A stretch of DNA of 64,000 bases, taken from Chrysomallon squamiferum (Eukaryota > Animalia > Mollusca). Below are positions 42,927-64,000 of this stretch, piece after piece. The DNA is taken from positions 7,130,001-7,194,000 of the forward strand of contig CM022679.1 of the NCBI GenBank assembly GCA_012295275.1, read 5' to 3'. Both the position numbers and the translations under genes were made by a program. Within the stretch, counting starts at the first letter, position 1. Every line of letters starts with the position of its first letter. The notes below the pieces were generated by a model. It did no database searches. It had not been told where the DNA came from and saw nothing but the letters and a program-made list of their open reading frames with translations.

Positions 42927-43822
42927 GTATTAAAACCGAATTGACTTTTGGTGTTTCTTGGCATTAAACATTTTCTGCTAGAAACCTTAATGTTTACAAA
43001 TAAGAAATTGGTAATCTGTTTTTAGTGTTGCTGTTATTTCTGGTGGGAGAAGAGCTGTTGAATTTCATTGTTTATTTTTCAGTGTTAAATGTTAAAAAAA
43101 GAAAGAAAAAAAGGATGTGATTATTTCGATTATCGTCAGTCTGGTTATTAAATGTTTGTATCATGTTCTGAAGTTATTCCTGATAGCTGTTTAACTGTTA
43201 TTTATCTTTGTCAGCTAGCGCTTTTTATAGTCACAGTTTTTGGTGTCTGTGACAGGGGTAATAGATTTTGTTGGTATTATTTCAGAAGATATTCACATTT
43301 GGTGAGTGTCCTGTTAAAAATCCATTGTCCCAAAATAGAAATCTTGGGGTAGTGGATGTACAATTGTTTTATTAAAAGAACCCTCAGGCTGATGTTCTTT
43401 GTTGTCATCATCAACAACATTATGTAAACACCACTATAATGTAAAAGAAGTCACCTTGATTTCAGCATTGGCATCAAGCGATATGTTTTATTTTGTTGAA
43501 AACTTCTTGTGTTAAAATTAATTGAAACAGTACGATTGTCTGATATATTCTTGATGTAATTTTGTTAAATCAAAATAATATCAAAACATATATTTAGTTT
43601 ATGATTGCATACTGCAGTATTCAAAGAATATATTTATTTAAAAATAATAAATTATATTTGAAAACAAACCACAAGAACAACGTACATGATTTTGTAATCC
43701 TAGTAATCACAGTGAATTTAACATCAGACATAATTAAATTTATTCCTTTCGGGGATGGAGGATACTCACTATAAAGGAATATGCTTTGCTTCGAAAATAA
43801 CAGGAGAGTTAGAATTAATAAA

Positions 43823-43854
<32 letters not shown>

Positions 43855-44742
43855 TTTATTTATTATTATTTTTTATATCTGCAAATTACTATAAAGGACC
43901 TGCACCAATTAGGCCTTTAAGGGTCACAGTTTTTAAATGTTTGATTTTATATATCTAAAGGCTATTGCTCAAACCAAAAACCTTTTTTTTTTTATCTGAA
44001 ATTTCCATTTACACATTCACAAAGGAACCACTTTCTTTGTTTTATATTAATATGTTTTGAAGTGAAACACCATTTGTCCCAAAGTCTAGGCAAACAGGGT
44101 TAATGCCATATTAATTGATAATGTGTCTGTCATGTTGGTATTGTTGGCATCTTACGATACTTATTCATGCAGATGACTGCAAGTTTTGTGCTCTTTTCTT
44201 TCTTTTTTTTGTATAAAACATATTTTTAAAAATCGAAGTGGGCATTTTTTGTGTTTTTTTTCACTGATGTGGGTATAAATAATTGGCCTTTCATAGAATG
44301 CAAAATAGTCTGGTGCTAATCCTATTCTTATACATAGCTTGTAAGGACCATCGTTTATGTGAATATATTTTAGTTTTCTATATAATTATATCTTTATATG
44401 ATACAACTATTTATAAGCCCAGTAATGTACATGAATATGCCACAGTGTAAAATAAGAATTTGGATTAGCCATATAGTGGGAAGAAGAAGAAAAAAAGTTT
44501 TTGGATGTCAGTTTTGTGAAAATTCTCTGATATAAAGATATAAAATACCACAAGTCATTTTTTTATAAATATAAGAAGATATATGGCAAAGCAAAGTACA
44601 TGATGCTCGAAAACTGGTGGTCTGTAATATGAATTGACTAACCAAGTGGGTGGATATATATTATTTAATTATGATTGCACAAATACCAGCTCAAGTAAAT
44701 GAAAAAGATTCGAAATTAATTTTACTGTATATTATGAATTTC

Positions 44743-44786
<44 letters not shown>

Positions 44787-44929
44787 AAATGAGAAAATAA
44801 AGATGAAGAAGAAGAAATTACAATATCAGTTTAATTGACTTTTAAATTAAATATTTATTTTTATTCATATTAAAAGACAATGTCAGTGATTGTATCAGGG
44901 TATGTATTTAAAATTTACATGAGTATAAT

Positions 44930-45290
44930 TATACGTGTATTATACTCACCTGCGAAAAAAATTTGTTTGCTCAGTATATAACTTTTACCGAAAGATGGCG
45001 GAATGTGAAGGATCTCGAAGAAGTCGAAATGGTAAAATAGGAAATTCTAATTCTTAACATGCCAAGTGCTTATATATTTATAACATGTTCAAATACTCGA
45101 TTGCGCATAAAAGAATAATAAACTTTTTGGCACATAAAACTCATAAAACTTCGTATCAAACAAGGCGTGCTATCACTTTAAAGGTATTGCAATTGTATAC
45201 CCAATGAAAAAAGTGCTATTATTTCTATTACGTAGAACGCATTTAAAGTTCGTCGAACAGTTCTTAAAAAAATAACTTTGCGTTTAATGA
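44930..45290 (+). promoter_or_regulatory. CpG-retaining promoter / first exon region of the ankyrin-SOCS gene
   Basis: Local CpG enrichment. The start context AAGATGGCG (YY1/Kozak-like) is at 44992-45000. Confidence 0.45.
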
Positions 45291-48200
45291 TAATAATGAT
45301 ATTATTTCTACAATTACTATTATATTTTTATATTATGTTATTATATTTAACCTAATTAGTGAAAAATAAGTAAGTAGCAAGTGTCTCAATGTTTTGTTTC
45401 AATATGATTTACCCAGCAGAATAACCACAGTAACATAATAAAAATAATGATGTATGAAAAAAATAGAAGAAAAACCCACCAAAAACCACCAAAAACCAGC
45501 AACGTGAAACCCACCCAAGAAACCCCACACAAACAAAAAATACCCAACCAAAAAACCACTAAGCAAAAAATCCTATTAATGTGTGTGTGTGTGGTTGTTA
45601 AAAAATATGAGCATGGGATCCTGCAGCAGAATGCAAAGAAAAAATACAAAACAAATCTTTTAATGTGTTTGTTTCTTTTCCAGATAACAGTAAAGCAGGT
45701 TTTGAAAAACGTGAAAAGAGGAGAGGTATAAGAAAACTTCAGGATGCAATTATTGCAAAGAATATAACCCTGGTGAAGGAAATCTTGCAAACAAATTTTG
45801 ATGTTGATTTCCAGTATCGAGGCCAAACAGCTCTTCAGTTGGCTGTGAGGGAAGGAAACTTAGACATTTGCAAATTTCTGATAGAAAAAGGTGCAGATGT
45901 CAATATAAGGGATGCAGAAATGAATTCTCTTCTAAACAGTGCTTGCTGGAGAGGTTTTGCAGACATTGCAAAATTACTGATAGACAATCATGCTGATATT
46001 GATGATCAAAATGATAATGGTGCTACCGCTTTAAATGTTTGTGCTTTTAAGGGACATTCTGACATCTGTCAGATACTGTTAGATGCTAACTGTGACCTTG
46101 ACCTTCTTAATCGTAGAGGTCAGACTCCACTATATACAGCTACTGAGCAGGGCCATGAAGATATTATGAAGATGCTTATTAAAGCTGGATGTAACAGTAA
46201 CTATGGTGATCTCCAAGACAACAAGACTCCTTTAATAGTTGCTGCTGAACTTGGGAAAGCATCACTGGTACAGATTCTGCTTGATGGAGGTGAGTTTATA
46301 GGATATATTTACTATTTATGAAATAATACAATAGAAATTAATGTGGCAAACAGGCACATACAACCTATTTGAAAAGTCAATTTTGACTGATTTATTCCAT
46401 AAATATAAATGTTTTAAATGGCAATTATAATGGAATGTATAATTATTATATACATTTTTTTTATAAAAATCAGGATGCAATACTGACTGTAAAGACAGAC
46501 TAGGACAGAATGCTTTGTATCGTGCAGCATTTGAAGGTCATCTTGACGTAGTACAACATCTTGTTGCAGCTGGAGCTGACCTTGACCTTCCAACAAATAA
46601 AGGTTTCACACCCCTTTTAGGTGAGATGTTAACTAATACTTCATTTACATATAATGTTTTTAGTGAATTTTCTCAGAATGTAAAACAATTCAAACATTCC
46701 AAATAAATAATGACAAATTTTATACAGTTTTATTTTATTATTTTTTATGGCTGTTAAGAAGTTTCCATTTTCTAACATTTCCATGAAAGTCAGCTTACAT
46801 CTTTAAAATAAATATAGCAGTTGGTTTGGGTGTGGTTGGAACTGTTTGCTAATGTAACCATAAATGTTAACAGAAAAATGTTAAATCAAAAATTGTATAT
46901 GAAAATAAAATAACGAGAGGCAATTGCTTTTAACTCTTTACAGATTCCATCAGAAACAACCACATAGAGATTGCTGAGGAACTTATAAAGTCAGGCTGCG
47001 ATGTGAACAAAGCAGACAGATACAAACAAGCCCCACTACATGCAGCAATCAGACAAGGTTTAAACAGAAATGTGCATCATACTCAAAACATGAAATTAAT
47101 GTCATTATAATATTAATATAATAAATTCAGCCTAAAACTTGGTTGTAGAGTGCAGACAAGAGACTTGAATGGTCAGTCCTGATCTTATCAAAGCTTTATG
47201 ATTGGTTTATCACAGCTTCTGTGTTCTTTCCTATCTGTGGGAAGAAGGAACATAACAAAGATACCTTGATACTAATATCAGTGAGCATAGTCGGTAGTTT
47301 GGTGATAGTTGCTTTTTTCTGTTTCATCGTTATACAGAAACAGCATTTGACACTGTAATGACTGTTGATATGGAAATGTGTTCAGTCAGTAATTATTCAT
47401 TTATTTATGTGTTCAGTTAAAATGAAGCATAAATGATATCTGTTACTGAAACGTGAAAAAGTTGAACATGTGATACAGTGAATATATCCAGTATTTCAAG
47501 TGACATTGTGACTGTTGTTCTGTTGTGGTGTAACAACCTGCTTGAGGCATGACAATTACAGAAAATCAGTGTAGAAACTATATAGTATATTTCAAAATTT
47601 ATCATCTACATAAACTTTTTAGTCTGCACTTAAATATATTTCCTGATATTGAGTTAATGTCTTAGAGTTTTTAACTTGGAGGCAGTCATTTTGGCTCTTT
47701 AGTAGAAAGCCCCCAGTATTTTTAGATCTCTTAAAAATATTTAAACATACATATATGCACATAGATAAAATTGTGTTTCATTTCCATGAACTACATTATT
47801 TTATGACTAGTAAATGTTTTTAAGAACTAAAATAAAAATTAAATTATTGCATTTTTAATTATTGCATTACTTGTAAAGTCCATAAGGCAAGTATATGTTT
47901 TTTCAAGACATAAATGTGATATTTAATTCTTGTTTTCTAGTTTCTCACTATTTTGACAATGACAATAAGCCAACAGTTCGTCTAGTGAAAAAATTGGTGG
48001 AAGCTAAATGTGATTTAAATATTGCTGATTCACAGGGGTGGACACCATTGTATCAGAGTGCTTATGCAGGAGATCTGGGTAAATATCTAAAATGTTATGA
48101 CTCACACCTAGTTGAGAACTTTCTATGCCTCACTAATCTTATTTATTGGACTATTACACTTTAGGGCCATTGTTCCATATCAGGTTTATCAGTATCATTC

Positions 48201-49995
48201 GGCTTGTATACAGAAACATTAATGTTGAGAGATATCTTAAATATAAATGATTATTAATATACAATATGAAGTCTAAAACAGATAAAAGGTATTTGGCTTC
48301 TGTATAAGTTATATTTGCAAAATATAAAAACTTCAGCTGATGCAGAACTTTTAAAATCTACAACTTATTCATTTCCATTTTAATCTTTCTATTTAATTTA
48401 TTTAAATTTTTTAAAAAGTTTTGGTGTCTGAGAAGACATTGTAATTTGTTTATTCAGTAGTTTCTCACCTACTTTACATTTAACAGTATATTTTCTTAAT
48501 TTGTAGGTAAAAACATTTAAATAAGTTTATTTTGTGCTTGATGCAGAATGAAAAGTAAATATAATGTTGCTTTACGCTTTATGAGTGGTCATTATTATTT
48601 ATTTTGTTTTTTACAGAAATTACTCAGTTGCTACTGAAAGAAGGAGCATCTCTGGATTCTACTACAAAAACTGGAGAAACAATTTTACATGGAGGTGTTT
48701 GTGGTAATAACCCAGTAGTAGTTGAACTGCTTATAAAATCAGGTAATTTAATCCAAAGTGTGAAGAGATATTGGTATATGTGTTGTTGTTTATGTATGTT
48801 TGTCATAAAAAATAGGACTAAATTTTAATATGAAATATAGTTTAATAATTTTGTTATAGGATTCATGTTGCCTTAATGTATCTAAAGACCCTTAAATAAG
48901 GGTGAAGAAAAATTTGATAATCCAGCATCTCTTATTATTGAATGAATTGATGGTTGTATTGTTTATCATGATATCCAAAAACTACAGATTTATCATGATA
49001 TCCAAAAACTACAGATTTATCATGATATCCAAAAACTACAGATATAACCAACAATTCCTTGACTTTTAATCTTTAACTAACTGCATTGTAGAAATTTATT
49101 TTTATCTTTCATTATTTTTATTCCAGGCTGTAGTTACAGTGCTGTGAATCATTTAGGTCAGCATGCCCTGACTGGTGCTATTGTCTCACGATCAAAGCTT
49201 GAGGTTTGTTTTACAAAACAGTTTAATCAAAAGAATAAATTACTTCAGCAGAAATTGATTCTATATAACAGTTTAACAGTAATAAGACCATCTTTGACAT
49301 TTGTTGAGACACTTCTGAATTTGATAAAGATTAAATGGTAGATATTCGATATCATTTTTTATTTAAATAAGTTTATATATAATATCGCTGAATATGCTGA
49401 AGCTTATTTATAGGACTATTACACTTTAGGGCCATTGTTCCATATTGGGTTTATCAGTATCATTTGGCTTGTATACAGAAACGTTAATGTTGAGAGATAT
49501 CTTAAATACAACTGATTATTAATATACAATATAAAGTCTAAAACAGATAATATACATATATATAAAACTCATGCAGTGTGACATAGTTTATCTTATGTTC
49601 ATTTTCAAATGTATATGTAATCTTTTTTATTTTTATTTTAGACAACTAAGCATCAAGAAAAATAGTAATTGGTATTTCTTTGCTTTTTCAGATTATCAAA
49701 ATGTTAATTGATGCTGGATCTGACATAAACTTAAATGACAAATCAAGTAACACTTTTGCACCATTACATGAAGCAATACAACAAAGATATAAAGAGGCAG
49801 CTATTTTACTCATAGAATCAGGTTAGTTTTTCAGTAACATGTATTTTATGTATTCAATATTTATATAATTTCAGTGTAAATTTCTAAATTAAATTTAAGA
49901 TTTTAATTTGATTCATAATGAAGAAGTTACATTTATGATTATTTGATTTTTGTTTCACCTGAATGCAAAGCACAGATTATAATTAGCCTCTATTG

Positions 49996-50031
<36 letters not shown>

Positions 50032-51649
50032 TTCAAAAGTTAGATTGATTGAAAAAATAAAATATTTAAACAGATAATTAAAAATATTTAAATAGTAAAT
50101 AAAAGATTAATGACAAAACAAATAAATAAATAAATAAATATATAAAATAAATAGAGTAAAATAATAATAAAAATTCCCCAGTAACTAAGTATTATTTTAA
50201 CAAAGGTTATAATAATCATTTCTCTACTTTAGAAGTATATCATTTGCATATAAATATTGATTTAATGTAAAAATGTCTAACGTAGAATGTTTTGCATTCG
50301 TGTTTTCTTTAGGTTGTGATGTGAACATACTGACAGCTCAACATGAGACTCCCCTGTACTTGGCCTGTGCAAAAGGAACAAATGAAATTGTGGCATACTT
50401 GATCAAACAACCAAATGTTGATCTGCGAGGTGCAAAGCCATCCAAGGTTGCTCTTCATGCTGCATGTTACCATGGTCACGTTCAGATTGTCCGAATGTTG
50501 ATAAATGCAAAGTGTAATTTGAATGAGGTAACTGATCAATTGATTTTTAAAAAATCTTAGATTTAAACAGAAACCAAAAACAATTAAACAGGATCTGAAC
50601 AGTATACAGTATCTTAATAATATAATGTGACGAGTACATTTTACTTTTAGCAAATATTTTTTTGTTAATGGCCATATATGGTTTACTAAAATTTGTCAAA
50701 TTTTTCTCTTTAAACTTGTAATGAGATACACACATTATATCAAAGCAGCAATGAAAATGTCACTTTAGTTTATACTTGTAATGGTTAGCATACTGGCCAG
50801 CTGGTTATTTCCCATCTTGGTAATGGCAGTTACTAGTTTATCATAGATATGCGCTTTCCTAGATAAATATTAAAACCCATTTGTTTTCCTTTAAATTTTT
50901 GTTAATGGTTCATGTTTCAGTTTTTATTTATTCACAAAGAAATTATTTACTTCTAATCAGAATGAATAGCTCATGAATGGGCATGAAAACATATTTGAAG
51001 CCAAACAACCACTAAAAACTAATGAAATATGATAACCTGTTTATTATTTCAGATAAATGATGGCGGTCTGACTCCTCTGCAGACTGCTATCCAAGAAGAT
51101 CAGTATGCAGTTGCTAAAGAGCTGCTCAAACATGGCTGTGACATCAACGCACATGCCAAGATTAAGCGCATGATGAAATGTTGTTTACTTCAGGAGGACA
51201 GCCACCCGCATTTTGGTCTGGAGCCATTGTTCTTGGCAATGATTCACAAAAATGTGGACTTGATGAGTCTCTTGTTTCAATGCTACACACACGTCCCATA
51301 TGATACAGTCAAACTGCTTGACACAATTCTCCACCAGGAACAACAGCTTAACTTCCACTACAGTCCACAGCTGAAAAAAACAATATTTGATCTGTTTGCT
51401 CATTTCATATCAACCCCTAAAACGTTATTGGAGCTGTGTCGGGGCAGTCTGAGAGATGTTTTAGGTTCTCGTCCTCATGCTAAAGTCAAGTTACTGCCTT
51501 TAGCCATTAAACTGCAGGACTACATTCTCATGACAGAAACATTCATGACTCTGGAAGAGAAAGAGAGATTTGAAAATGGAGATCATTTGGATGAGAATGG
51601 ATTTGGTATTGAACCACCAGATCAAGGTCAAATGTTTGCATTTGGCTAA
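44995..51649 (+). CDS. Ankyrin repeat and SOCS box-containing protein (ASB-like), about 728 aa, 10 exons
   Basis: Exons 44995-45031, 45684-46289, 46474-46620, 46944-47057, 47941-48078, 48617-48742, 49127-49203, 49692-49821, 50313-50527, 51053-51649; total 2187 nt, in frame. About 16-17 ankyrin repeats (GQTALQLAVREGNLDICKFLIEKGADVN etc.) and a SOCS box TPKTLLELCRGSLRDVLG...LLPLAIKLQDYIL, then an acidic tail. Confidence 0.92.
47200..47280 (+). mobile_element. Degraded SINE core fragment (MetaSINE-like)
   Basis: tggtttatca..tgtgttctttcctatctgtggga..cata..aaagataccttgatactaat has the same motif order as the 19785-19925 fragment. Confidence 0.45.
48138..48285 (+). repeat. 148-bp dispersed direct repeat, copy 1
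   Basis: Nearly identical to 49403-49550: a few substitutions, no indels seen. Confidence 0.9.
48962..49042 (+). repeat. Perfect 27-bp tandem repeat, 3 copies
   Basis: (TTTATCATGATATCCAAAAACTACAGA)3 with no spacers. Confidence 0.95.
49403..49550 (+). repeat. 148-bp dispersed direct repeat, copy 2
   Basis: cttatttat.ggactattacactttagggccattgttccatat...gtctaaaacagataa is shared with 48138-48285. Confidence 0.9.
49998..50029. repeat. (GT)n microsatellite
   Basis: Seen directly. Confidence 0.95.
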
Positions 51650-52982
51650 ATTTAAGTTAGAAAGAGACTGCTTTTTATGTTGATTGTTATTTTAATTTGG
51701 TATCATCTCTGTATATGGAAACGGAAGATATAATGCTTAAACAGAACAATAGGCATTAAAATGCATCAATATGTGGAAGAACATTGTAAATGATAAGAAG
51801 TTGAAAACTTGTTTAAAATTTAGTCAGTACAGAATACTAAAGTTGTATGTTAATTATTAGATAAATACACTATGACTGAAGTGAGAATACCAGTTCAGTT
51901 TAGCATGTGATTCTGTGTATAGAGATGCAATGCCATATTTTAAGGCGTGTTTATTGGCCTAAATATGAAGGTGCTCAGTAATTATATTTAAAAAGAAAAA
52001 TATTAATTATAAAAAATTTCCTGTTGAGTTTATCCCACCATTTCAGTATTTATAACTTTATGTATGTGTGCCTGTATCTATATGCAAGTAAATGTATTTT
52101 TGTATATATGTTGTGTTTCTGAGGTAAGTTACTTTTGTTATAAAATGTATTGGTTGTTTAAATATTACCATCTTAATGGCCAGTTAATGTTATATGTTAC
52201 TAAAATGTGCAAGGCATGACAAAACAAAGAATTATTTTGATTTCAGTCCAATTACTGTAGTCGTCATCATCATCTTATTTATATCTTATTTTCTTTATGT
52301 AATTTCAATGTGTAATGTATGAACTCACACTGGAAGAAAACCTAACCTATTTATTTTATTGTTTTAGTCATAACAATAAAATACTGACTTGATGTAACTT
52401 TTGTTCAGTATGTAGTTTGATTTCATGTCCTGTGTCACCTTTTTACTTACAAGATCTTTAAAACACAAACTGCAATTTTTTAATTTTTCTTTTCCAGGAT
52501 TTGGTTTTACATATTATTACTGATTGTCTAATTTTGTTGATGAATGTTTAACGGTTACCACTGGAAGAATTCATCTTAATGAAAACTTAATTTTATTTGC
52601 ACAATAATTAATTATGAGTCACAAACTTGAATTGTTACAATTTTTATTTTACAGTGAGACAATAATTAGAATACTGTTTCATATTACACATAAAATGGGT
52701 AGTAATAATTTAATAACCATTTTATGGTTATATTGGAAAAAATAAATTATAAGAAAATAATTCTTCTTTCCTTTTTGTCACACCTTGTTTATTTTATAAA
52801 AGAAATCTATAATATTTGTTAATGTTGATTTCTACAAAAATTAAAAAAAATATATAATAATAATAATAATTATAATAAAAAAATAATAATAAGGATTACA
52901 TTTTTTTAATATTCATTCATTCTAACAATACTTTTTTTTTCGTTACCTTTTCAAACAGTTACCTTCATTTTATTTAGTAACG

Positions 52983-53021
<39 letters not shown>

Positions 53022-53218
53022 GCTCTCCTAAAAACTTGCCAGAAAATTACAAACATAAAGATGAATGGGTCTGGATTTTGAAAAAACTGACAATGAGATT
53101 TGATATGAAAACCAAACTAGATTTTATACATGTTATATATTTTTGATTACATCTTTCTTGTTTAAGTATATTCATATAGTATAATAATTAATGGATTGTT
53201 GTTAAATATTAATAATCT

Positions 53219-53562
53219 TGTTTTACACTATTTTTTACTGCCATTTTCAGTATTGTTGTGTTGATTTTATAATCTTTATAAAAATTATAAAATAAAACTT
53301 TGAATTTCTTAACGTTTGTTATTGACAATCAATAATTATACAGTACCCAAAACAAACATCCTCCCAAAAAAACAACAAAATCCCACAAAAACAACAAAAT
53401 CCCACAAAAATATTAATAATAAAAAATAAAAACTACCAAACAAAACAAAACAAAAAATCCAGATCAGATGATGCAAAGTATTTATCTATCAATCTTCAAG
53501 CCTGTTTTACACTATTTTTTACTGCCATTTCAGTATTTTTGTTTTGATTTTAAAATCTTTAT
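53219..53562 (+). repeat. About 60-bp direct repeat pair (53219-53278 and 53503-53562)
   Basis: tgttttacactatttttt(t)actgccattt(t)cagtatt..ttgatttta.aatcttta occurs twice. Confidence 0.8.
53291..53296 (+). terminator. Candidate polyadenylation signal of the ankyrin-SOCS gene
   Basis: AATAAA followed by U/GU-rich aacgtttgttattg. Base skew changes from T-rich to A-rich nearby. Confidence 0.4.
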
Positions 53563-53939
53563 TATTTCTATTTAACATAATTTTTGAAAAAAGTGAGGGA
53601 TACACTATCACTGGTATGTGCTACTACAGGTTATTTTAAAAGTTGTTTATTGTTTTATATCAACATTAACTGCACAGAAGAAAAATAATTAATATGAACT
53701 TGTGTTTTACTGGATGAAGGCTGATAAATATTAAATGTATCCCAACAATATAAATTATTTCACACAGAGTAAAAATTTACCATCATATGTAAGTGAAATG
53801 GTTATTAAAAAAGACATAATAATTGTATTAATGAAATATTTATTATCTACATGTGGAACAAATAAAGTGAAACCAAATACAACACAAAGAGAAAAAAAAG
53901 CAAAAAACATATAAAATGACCAACCTAAGTATACAAGTT

Positions 53940-53993
53940 TTATATATACATACACATACATAAATACATACATACATGTATATGTGTGTGTGA

Positions 53994-54040
<47 letters not shown>

Positions 54041-54110
54041 TATATGTATATAAGTATGTGTGTGTGTGTGTGTGTATATATATATACACACACACAAACA
54101 CACACACACA
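53940..54110. repeat. Compound (TA)n/(TG)n/(CA)n microsatellite
   Basis: Seen directly; partly self-complementary. Confidence 0.9.
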
Positions 54111-56380
54111 TCTCAGTTATTTGATATAAATGACTCAAAAGACGTTGGTTAAAATGTGGAGATCACAGATTTGCTATACATATGTACATATACATGTTAT
54201 AGACAACAAAACGAAGATTTCCACATGAATTATAAGATTAAATTATACACAGTATATAGATAAACATGTATAAAATTAGTTTGTTAAATTTTTATTTTAT
54301 TATTTTTTTTTGTAGATTAAATAATTGTTTTTGTTTCTTTAATTTTTTTGTACATAAGTACAAAAAAAAAAAAAGAAAAAAGAAAAGAAGAAAACCTATT
54401 AAATATCAAATGATTACAAACAAAAACATTTAAATGTTTTCTTATCAGTTCTCAAAAACATATGTACATATTTTATCATTATTATTTTTTATAGCTGCAA
54501 ATTATCATTACTGATAAAAGAATTTATATCAAACTATTTATATTTCAAGTGAATTGAGATATCCAAAAGTAACTTGAGGGACCTTTTTTTTTTTTTTTTT
54601 TTTTTGAATTATGTGATTAAATATACATCACCTAAAATCTGTCAAAATCAGTTTAAAAAAAATAAAATCCAACAAGTTAAACTAAAGAATGTACCTACAA
54701 AGAAGATAACTGATGGTTATGGAAAAATCACACCACTCATCTTTTAAAAGACACATTAATACACCATAAGATGAAATAAAGAAATATAATTCAGAGTAAT
54801 CGTACATTCATTAGCCACTATTTCATTTGTTTTCCTTTGTGAATAAATACAAGCTGGATAATGAATGATTAAAAAAAATTTTGAAGGAAGACGGAAGGTT
54901 TTTAATATTCATTTTTTTCTTCTTTTCCTTTACATCTTCTTTTTGAGGGGATAAATCAGTATAAAACAATTTAAAAATCAAATGTAGCATACAAAAATCT
55001 AATCAAGTAAGAAATAAAAATACATCAAAGTAATAAAAAGCAAAACAAAATATTTTTGGTTTATCTTAGCAGAAAATAAAATTAAAATATAAAAAATATT
55101 TAAATATACAAATACAAAATTAATCTTATATTGAACAAAGAAAAAAAAATTATATCTGTTTTAAGCAATTCCTTCTAGTGTAAATTTTTTTTTAATAAAT
55201 CACTAAACAAAACTTTTTTTCTCTGAAATATAGAATTTATATTTATTTACAAAAAAAGTAATATTGGTACCACTATTCACTTTAAAAACTAATTTACAAT
55301 TACATATTTTAAGAAGAATTTGTTTAATGAATATAAAGTTATTTTATAGGCACAAGAAAATCAATTCAGGTACATGTTTAGTGAACTAGGCTTTCTGTAA
55401 ATTTATGTCTAGTGAAATTATATTATACATTTTACAATGTGCACCTGTGATGAAAATATGAAGTTTAATGTCAGTTCACTGATGTTTAAAATCTACATCC
55501 AAGAAAATAACAAAATATTAACAGATTTTTTTTTCACAACAAATGCAAAAATGCCAAAATAAATTCACCATTTTAGTTTGTTTATATAATCACTGGTATT
55601 TATTCTCATTCTTTATCTGTGCATAAAAGTTGATAAAAAAAAAAAAAAAATGACAGATACCATACTTACATCTAGTATAAGATTAATGACAACACAACAA
55701 TAATTTTTGATAATTACTTCTGTTAGAATTAATTGTAACATGTTTAATTATAAAGTGACAGTAAGACTAAAGATTTATAAATACATTGATTTTGCAGGCA
55801 CTACAAAAAATAAAAATAAAAATAAATAAATAAATAAATAATTAAATAATTAAAAAGGAAAGAAATTCTGACACAATGACAAAAACAAATAAAATTATTG
55901 CAGTATTAATTAGGTATATTAGTATGCATTTTGTAAGTGGTTGCATAAATTGAATATTCAATACAATTATTATTTTCAGATCTTTAACAAAAGCCAGTTT
56001 TCTCATACAATACTTTTTTCTTTTTTTTTCAGATGACAAAACACAATATTTAAATATTAATGTTGCAGCTTTACTTGGAATTCAGTTATTATTCTTTTAT
56101 CACTTTTTCAACAACACATTTTAGATAGATAAGATAATCAAATTTTCTTATCAACTGAGCTTTTAAAAGAAATATTTTTTCCCCCATGACAGTGTTTTAA
56201 ATGTAATTATCTGAAATTCAATATTACTGCTTTGTATTTTTCATTAACACATTTTGTTATCCAGTTTTCTTGTGAACCATTACATTACTGAAATTATACA
56301 AAATATATAACAAATCTCATCATACCACAGAATACATTTTTTTTCTTCAACTACTGTTACATTGCTCTCAAAACTTATTA

Positions 56381-63827
<7,447 letters not shown>

Positions 63828-64000
63828 TTTATTTTTAGCAAGCGTTTAGAGTTCTCTGTCCTTAACTTGTGGTCTCAAACAATATAAATACAATTTCAAT
63901 GTGCTCTATATAAAAAAATTGTAATACCCCCCCAACTTCATAATGTTATTGTTATATTTTGAACACTAATAGTAATCTGATGTATAATATTTGTTCAAAC

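Noticed and set aside
45386-45826. 146-aa minus-strand ORF and 94-aa plus-strand ORF
   Set aside because: Produced by an A/C-rich low-complexity tract plus overlap with ankyrin exon 2 in another frame or strand.
48962-49042. 27-bp repeats as a CRISPR array
   Set aside because: The units are directly adjacent with no spacers, lie in a eukaryotic intron, and no cas genes are present.
53755-54138. ORFs of 127 aa and 88 aa
   Set aside because: Translations of dinucleotide microsatellites.

Overview
Very AT-rich, intron-dense animal DNA. Protein style, CpG-depleted gene bodies and SINE-like remnants suggest a lophotrochozoan, probably a mollusc (inference). Four multi-exon genes were rebuilt by hand from splice sites and reading frame. 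(1) + strand: non-muscle myosin II heavy chain (zipper/MYH9-MYH10 type), 33 constitutive coding exons, 2488-32562; its N-terminal exon lies upstream of the window. (2) + strand: TRAF6-like RING/zinc-finger gene, 38529-41889, about 333 aa, with no TRAF-C/MATH domain. (3) + strand: ankyrin-repeat/SOCS-box gene, 44995-51649, about 728 aa. (4) - strand: complete METAP1, 63827-56381, about 380 aa. The most interesting hidden signals concern splicing: an 18-nt in-frame microexon in myosin loop 1 inside a GCATG (RBFOX motif)-rich intron, a U12-type intron with a variant donor, a structured poison-exon-like island just upstream of it, and a GC-AG intron plus a duplicated 159-nt zinc-finger exon in the MATH-less TRAF. 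Also present: three hAT-type MITEs, SINE-like remnants, a decayed ORF downstream of the myosin gene, short duplications and microsatellites. No CRISPR array, rRNA or tRNA was seen. All homology statements come from memory, not database searches.
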